Shown: in pieces, positions 15,331 to 18,557 of the stretch
How positions within the stretch are numbered: the stretch's first letter is position 1
Layout of the letters: every line of letters starts with the position of its first letter
Source of the DNA: Pirellulales bacterium
GTDB taxonomy: Bacteria; Planctomycetota; Planctomycetia; Pirellulales; JAICIG01
Direction: 5' to 3'
Assembly (NCBI GenBank): GCA_036379195.1
Contig: DASVHB010000167.1
Coordinates: 1 to 18,557 of the forward strand
DNA length: 18,557 nt
Translations under genes and position numbers: made by a program
Notes under the pieces: generated by a model
Seen by the model: the letters and a program-made list of their open reading frames with translations, nothing else
Databases searched by the model: none
What the model was told of the DNA's origin: nothing

Positions 15331-16960
15331 TCAACTGTTGTCGATGTCTCCGTTATTCGCCCAAGGGTCCAGCAGCTTGTTGTTCTGGCTGGGCGGAATC
15401 GCCATCGCCGTGATGGCCGTGTTCTTCGGACTGCTTATCCCGCTGGCGGCGCGTTACAAACGTTGCCCGAGCAACCGCGTGTTGGTGATCTACGGCAAGG
15501 CGGCCAGCGGCGAGGCGTCGAAGTGCATTCACGGCGGCGCCGCGTTCATCGTGCCGCTCATTCAGGACTACGACTGGCTGAGCCTCGAGCCGATCCAGAT
15601 CGAGGTCCCGCTGCGCGGCGCGTTGTCGGCGGAGAACATCCGCGTCAACGTGCCCAGCGTGTTCACCGTGGCCATCGGCACCAGCCCCGAGGTGATGCAG
15701 AACGCCGCCATCCGTTTGCTGGGGCTGAACACGGTGCAGATCAAGGAGCAAGCCGAAGAGATCATCTTCGGCCAGTTGCGGCAGGTCATCGCCTCGATGC
15801 GGATCGAAGACATCAACCGCGACCGCGACACGTTTCTGGAGCACATTCAACGTTCGTTGGAACCCGAGTTGAAGAAGGTCGGCCTGGTGTTGATCAACGT
15901 CAACATCACCGACATCACCGACGAATCGGGCTACATCGACGCCATCGGGCAAAAGGCGGCCTCTCAGGCCATTCAGCAGGCGCGCGGCGACGTGGCCGAG
16001 CAAGAGAAGCTGGGCGAGACGCGCGTGGCCGAAGCCGAACGAGACAAGGTGATTCAGGTCGCCTCGGCCACCAAGCTGCGCGAGATCGGCACGCGCGAGG
16101 CCCAGCGCGAGCAGGCCGTCCGCCTGGCCGCGCTGGCCAAAGAGCAGGCCATCGGCGAGCAGACCGCCGGCTTCGAGCGTGAAGCGCAGGTGAAAGACGC
16201 CGAACGCAAGATGCGCATCGCCCTGGCCGACGCCAACGCCAAGGCGGTCGCCGGCGAAAGCGCCGCGCAGGCGGAGATCGCCGCCGCGCAGGCCCAACTA
16301 TTAGTCAAAAAGGCCGACGCTTACGCCGTGGGCGAGACCCGCAAGCGCGAGGCGGAGGCCGCCGTGCTCGAAGCCCAAAACCGCGCCATGGCCAAGGCCG
16401 CGCTGGCCGAGGCGGAGCGCGTCGAGGCCGAGCGCCGAGCCGCGCTCGAAGCCCCGGCGAAGGCCGAGAAGGCCAAAGTCGTGGTGCAAGCCGAAGCCGA
16501 AGCCGAAAAGCGCCGCATCGAGGCAGAAGGCGAAGCCAGCGCCATCTACGCCAGGCTCGAAGCCGAAGCCCGGGGCCAGTACGAGATTTTGGCCAAGAAG
16601 GGCGAGGGGTTGAAACAGATCATCGCGGCTTGCGGCGGCGCGCAGCAGGCGTTTCAACTGCTCATGCTGGAACATCTCGATCATCTGGCGGCCGCTTCGG
16701 CCGAGGCGATCTCGAAGATCAAATTCGACAAAGTGGTCGTCTGGGAGAACGGCGGGCAGAACGGCACCACCAACACGGCCAGCTTTCTGCACGGCATGGC
16801 CCGCACGCTGCCGCCCATGATGCAGGTGCTGCGCGACATCGGCGGCGTTGAGATTCCCGACTCGCTCGTGAAGTTCTCGCAGAACGAGCCCATAACGACC
16901 GCGTCGGGCAACGGCGCCGCCACCCACGCCGCGGAACCGCCGAAAGCCGTGGTGGGGTGA
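15323..16960 (+). CDS. floT: Flotillin-like SPFH/band-7 protein (FloT/YqiK type)
   Basis: N-terminal membrane hairpin LLFWLGGIAIAVMAVFFGLLIPLAA. SPFH domain (VIYGKAASGE..., IQIEVPLRGALSAENIRVNVPSVFTVAIG). A long Ala/Glu-rich coiled-coil flotillin region (EAQR, AEAE repeats) and a C-terminal tail. Classic nfeD-floT operon arrangement. Confidence 0.92.
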   Translation: MSSQLLSMSPLFAQGSSSLLFWLGGIAIAVMAVFFGLLIPLAARYKRCPSNRVLVIYGKAASGEASKCIHGGAAFIVPLIQDYDWLSLEPIQIEVPLRGALSAENIRVNVPSVFTVAIGTSPEVMQNAAIRLLGLNTVQIKEQAEEIIFGQLRQVIASMRIEDINRDRDTFLEHIQRSLEPELKKVGLVLINVNITDITDESGYIDAIGQKAASQAIQQARGDVAEQEKLGETRVAEAERDKVIQVASATKLREIGTREAQREQAVRLAALAKEQAIGEQTAGFEREAQVKDAERKMRIALADANAKAVAGESAAQAEIAAAQAQLLVKKADAYAVGETRKREAEAAVLEAQNRAMAKAALAEAERVEAERRAALEAPAKAEKAKVVVQAEAEAEKRRIEAEGEASAIYARLEAEARGQYEILAKKGEGLKQIIAACGGAQQAFQLLMLEHLDHLAAASAEAISKIKFDKVVVWENGGQNGTTNTASFLHGMARTLPPMMQVLRDIGGVEIPDSLVKFSQNEPITTASGNGAATHAAEPPKAVVG

Positions 16961-17105
16961 CGAACAACAACACAGGCGTGCAACCGACTATGCTCTTCAA
17001 CGTTCTTGCCAAAGCCGCGATCTGGTCTCATCGGCCTAATGACATTACTGCCGTTGCGGCACGGACACGGAGATCGTTTGCGCCGCGGCCGCTTCGAAAC
17101 GCCGG

Positions 17106-17561
17106 TTATTCGCGTTCCAGTGGAAGCCTCAGAACGTGACGCGCATAAGCGCGCACCTTGTCACGAAGGCCTGAAAACGTCGGCTCCGTTCGGCACCGCG
17201 TCAACGACTCGACGATGTCTTGCGCAATGCGGATCTCAAGGGCAACATTGGTTGGGTGCGTGAACGTCGTTGAATCGAGATCGTAGTCGGCCTCGTTTCG
17301 CCGGTCACGGAGTGAACCAAGCTTCTTGGCGAGGAGCACCGCCTCTTCGTTGTCAGACTCGCCCAAGCAGTAGCGTAGCTTCTGATGGATTTCAGCTTTA
17401 TAGAGATCTTTACCCGAAAACTGAATCCCACAGTCCCGCAGAAGGTCGCGTGCCAGGTGGAAGCTGCCATAGTAGGCGCGGCTTACAGCGGTGCGGAGGT
17501 CGGCCTCGCGCTGGCTGTTCGAGAGCCGGACGGCAAGCGAAATGAATTCGGCTGGATCCAT
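17106..17561 (-). CDS. HEPN-like domain protein (candidate toxin or effector); start MDPAEF at 17561
   Basis: Helical pattern AVSRAYYGSFHLARDLLRDCGI resembles the first HEPN helix of HEPN/MNT-type modules. C-terminal LGSLRDRRNEADYDLD resembles the HEPN R-x4-6-[HY] motif, with Tyr in the His position. The ATG overlaps the upstream gene's stop (TAATG at 17563..17559). GC is low, about 48-55%. Confidence 0.45.
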   Translation of the reverse strand: MDPAEFISLAVRLSNSQREADLRTAVSRAYYGSFHLARDLLRDCGIQFSGKDLYKAEIHQKLRYCLGESDNEEAVLLAKKLGSLRDRRNEADYDLDSTTFTHPTNVALEIRIAQDIVESLTRCRTEPTFSGLRDKVRAYARHVLRLPLERE

Positions 17562-17950
17562 TAATGGGCGTTGATCGCCAAGCGAAAAAGTCCGTGCCGG
17601 CTTCCTTCGCTCTGCCTGATGCGGCGGTGCCATTGATCGTTTTGAGTGACGATGTGATCGATGTCACCCGCCGCGAGAGCCGAGAAAACGAAGTAAAGAT
17701 CGTTGGGGATCTCGGGATCGTTCTTGACGCGGATGTGGAACCCTTCTGGGAACAGCTCGGTCGTAAGGGCCGCGACTTCGGCGCAAAGCCGCATCAACTC
17801 GGCGCCTGTGGGGCGGTCAATACCGAGGCTTTCAGCGGCCGCTTCGAATCGTCGCACGACCTCATCAAGGTCAGGTCGCGGCCCCACCAGCACGGCTGAA
17901 TGGGTTTCGGCGCGCGCGATGTCGGTCGGGGAACCTGGCGCTGTCGACAT
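17561..17950 (-). CDS. Hypothetical 129-aa protein, translationally coupled to the HEPN-like gene
   Basis: ATG 17950 opens MSTAPGSPTDIARAETHSAVLVGPRPDLDEVVRRFEAAAESLGIDRPTGAELMRLCAEVAALTTELFPEGFHIRVKNDPEIPNDLYFVFSALAAGDIDHIVTQNDQWHRRIRQSEGSRHGLFRLAINAH. I see no minimal-nucleotidyltransferase GS...DxD motif and no RelE/ParE signature. The stop overlaps the next start. Confidence 0.4.
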   Translation of the reverse strand: MSTAPGSPTDIARAETHSAVLVGPRPDLDEVVRRFEAAAESLGIDRPTGAELMRLCAEVAALTTELFPEGFHIRVKNDPEIPNDLYFVFSALAAGDIDHIVTQNDQWHRRIRQSEGSRHGLFRLAINAH

Positions 17951-18036
17951 ACGGCATCTCCTTCAAGGGCATGGCTTCGATTCTACGTCGCCATCGTTCC
18001 GGCCACAATACGCGGAGTACCTTCCGAGCGTGGCAT

Positions 18037-18351
18037 TCAGCAATCCTTCCGGTATGTCGAGCGTGGCGGTTGGCATGTATCGACTTTGCCGTCGCCGGAT
18101 GGCCGCGACAACGGCGCTCGCTTTATCCGCGCGTGAAGCTCGCGCCAATCCTCGTCCATCATCGGCGTGGATTCACCACTGCGCAAGCCCTTGATAATCT
18201 CCGCTTCGAGCACTGCCTCCGCGGCCTGCCTCTGGTCGGCCCGAATCAACTCGCCGATGTACTGGCTGACGTCCCCGAAGCCTGCTTTAAACGCCTGCTC
18301 CAGCGCAAACACCTTCAACGACTCTGGAATGGCGATGTTCAGGGTTTCCAT
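18037..18351 (-). CDS. parD: ParD-family (CC2985-type ribbon-helix-helix) antitoxin-like protein
   Basis: METLNIAIPESLKVFALEQAFKAGFGDVSQYIGELIRADQRQAAEAVLEAEIIKGLRSGESTPMMDEDWRELHARI matches the ParD/CC2985 antidote pattern (M-x-x-LNISLP-x-L...V-x-x-G-x-Y-x-S-x-SE-Y-I-R-x-L-I-R-x-D-Q). The track ORF (to 18483) is over-extended. ATG 18351 is preceded by AAGAAGGA. Confidence 0.7.
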   Translation of the reverse strand: METLNIAIPESLKVFALEQAFKAGFGDVSQYIGELIRADQRQAAEAVLEAEIIKGLRSGESTPMMDEDWRELHARIKRAPLSRPSGDGKVDTCQPPRSTYRKDC

Positions 18352-18373
18352 GGCAGACAGTCCTTCTTTTAAG

Positions 18374-18402
18374 CCACAATCAATGGTAGAGAGGCAAAAG
18401 CT
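18374..18402 (-). promoter_or_regulatory. Sigma70-like promoter for the parD-like gene
   Basis: The minus strand reads TTGACA (18402..18397), a 17-nt spacer, then TACCAT (18379..18374), followed by AAAAGAAGGA and ATG 18351. Confidence 0.35.
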
Positions 18403-18557
18403 GGTGTCAACGGATACCGGCGGCGCCGAGATTGTCGACGAGCGTGTCGGGCAACGGCGCCGCTGTCTATGCCGTACCGCCACAACCCACCGTGGGCAGA
18501 CGCATCGGCCTTCACCATCGGCGCGGGCACCTCCATCTTCGCTAGCGATCGGCAGTG

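Noticed and set aside
15353-16297. 314-aa minus-strand and 239-aa plus-strand ORFs inside the flotillin gene
   Set aside because: Alternate or antisense frames of the Ala/Glu-rich coiled-coil region (GCC/GAG-rich codons stay open in several frames). The flotillin frame carries the SPFH domain.
16040-16560. Apparent repetitive DNA in floT (gccgag / gaagcc periodicity)
   Set aside because: It reflects the Ala/Glu-rich coiled-coil protein repeat, not a DNA repeat element or CRISPR array. There is no spacer-repeat architecture.
16961-17105. Looked for a rho-independent terminator between the convergent floT and HEPN-like genes
   Set aside because: No convincing GC-rich hairpin followed by a T-tract. 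The GCGGCCGC palindrome at about 17085 is just a NotI-type site.
17951-18036. Searched for a ParE/RelE toxin gene immediately downstream of the parD-like gene
   Set aside because: No open frame of useful length was found in any minus-strand frame in the 87-nt gap. The next gene (17950..17561) shows no ParE/RelE features.

Overview
High-GC bacterial chromosomal segment (roughly 65-73% GC in core genes). Codon usage and gene content suggest a planctomycete-like organism, but that is inference only. The track contains many long overlapping or antisense ORFs that are typical GC-rich artefacts; I kept the frame with recognisable motifs and a high third-position GC. Supported content, left to right: (i) a 5'-truncated small secreted-protein gene on the minus strand; (ii) a bacterial topoisomerase VI operon (Top6B GHKL ATPase then Top6A Spo11/Toprim), both with intact catalytic motifs; (iii) a Uma2-family endonuclease gene broken by a single frameshift; (iv) a TPR lipoprotein, a Pro/Ala-rich membrane protein and an SH3-like secreted protein; (v) a minus-strand run of sensor histidine kinase, Type II restriction endonuclease, gamma-class N6-adenine methyltransferase and sigma54-dependent (NtrC-family) response regulator, in which the R-M pair is lower in GC (about 50-55%) and appears inserted between the kinase and its regulator; (vi) a secreted thioredoxin-fold protein lacking the CXXC motif; (vii) an nfeD-flotillin (SPFH) operon; (viii) a low-GC three-gene minus-strand cluster of a ParD-like antitoxin with no ParE, a 129-aa unknown protein and a HEPN-like protein (last two overlapping in TAATG), which is a candidate non-canonical toxin-antitoxin or defence module. 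The most unusual DNA-level signal is a 34-bp element with phased TTCGTT repeats found upstream of both the thioredoxin-like gene and the nfeD-floT operon. The second copy is fused to a decayed, in-frame duplicate of an internal piece of the thioredoxin-like gene. No rRNA, tRNA or CRISPR array was seen.
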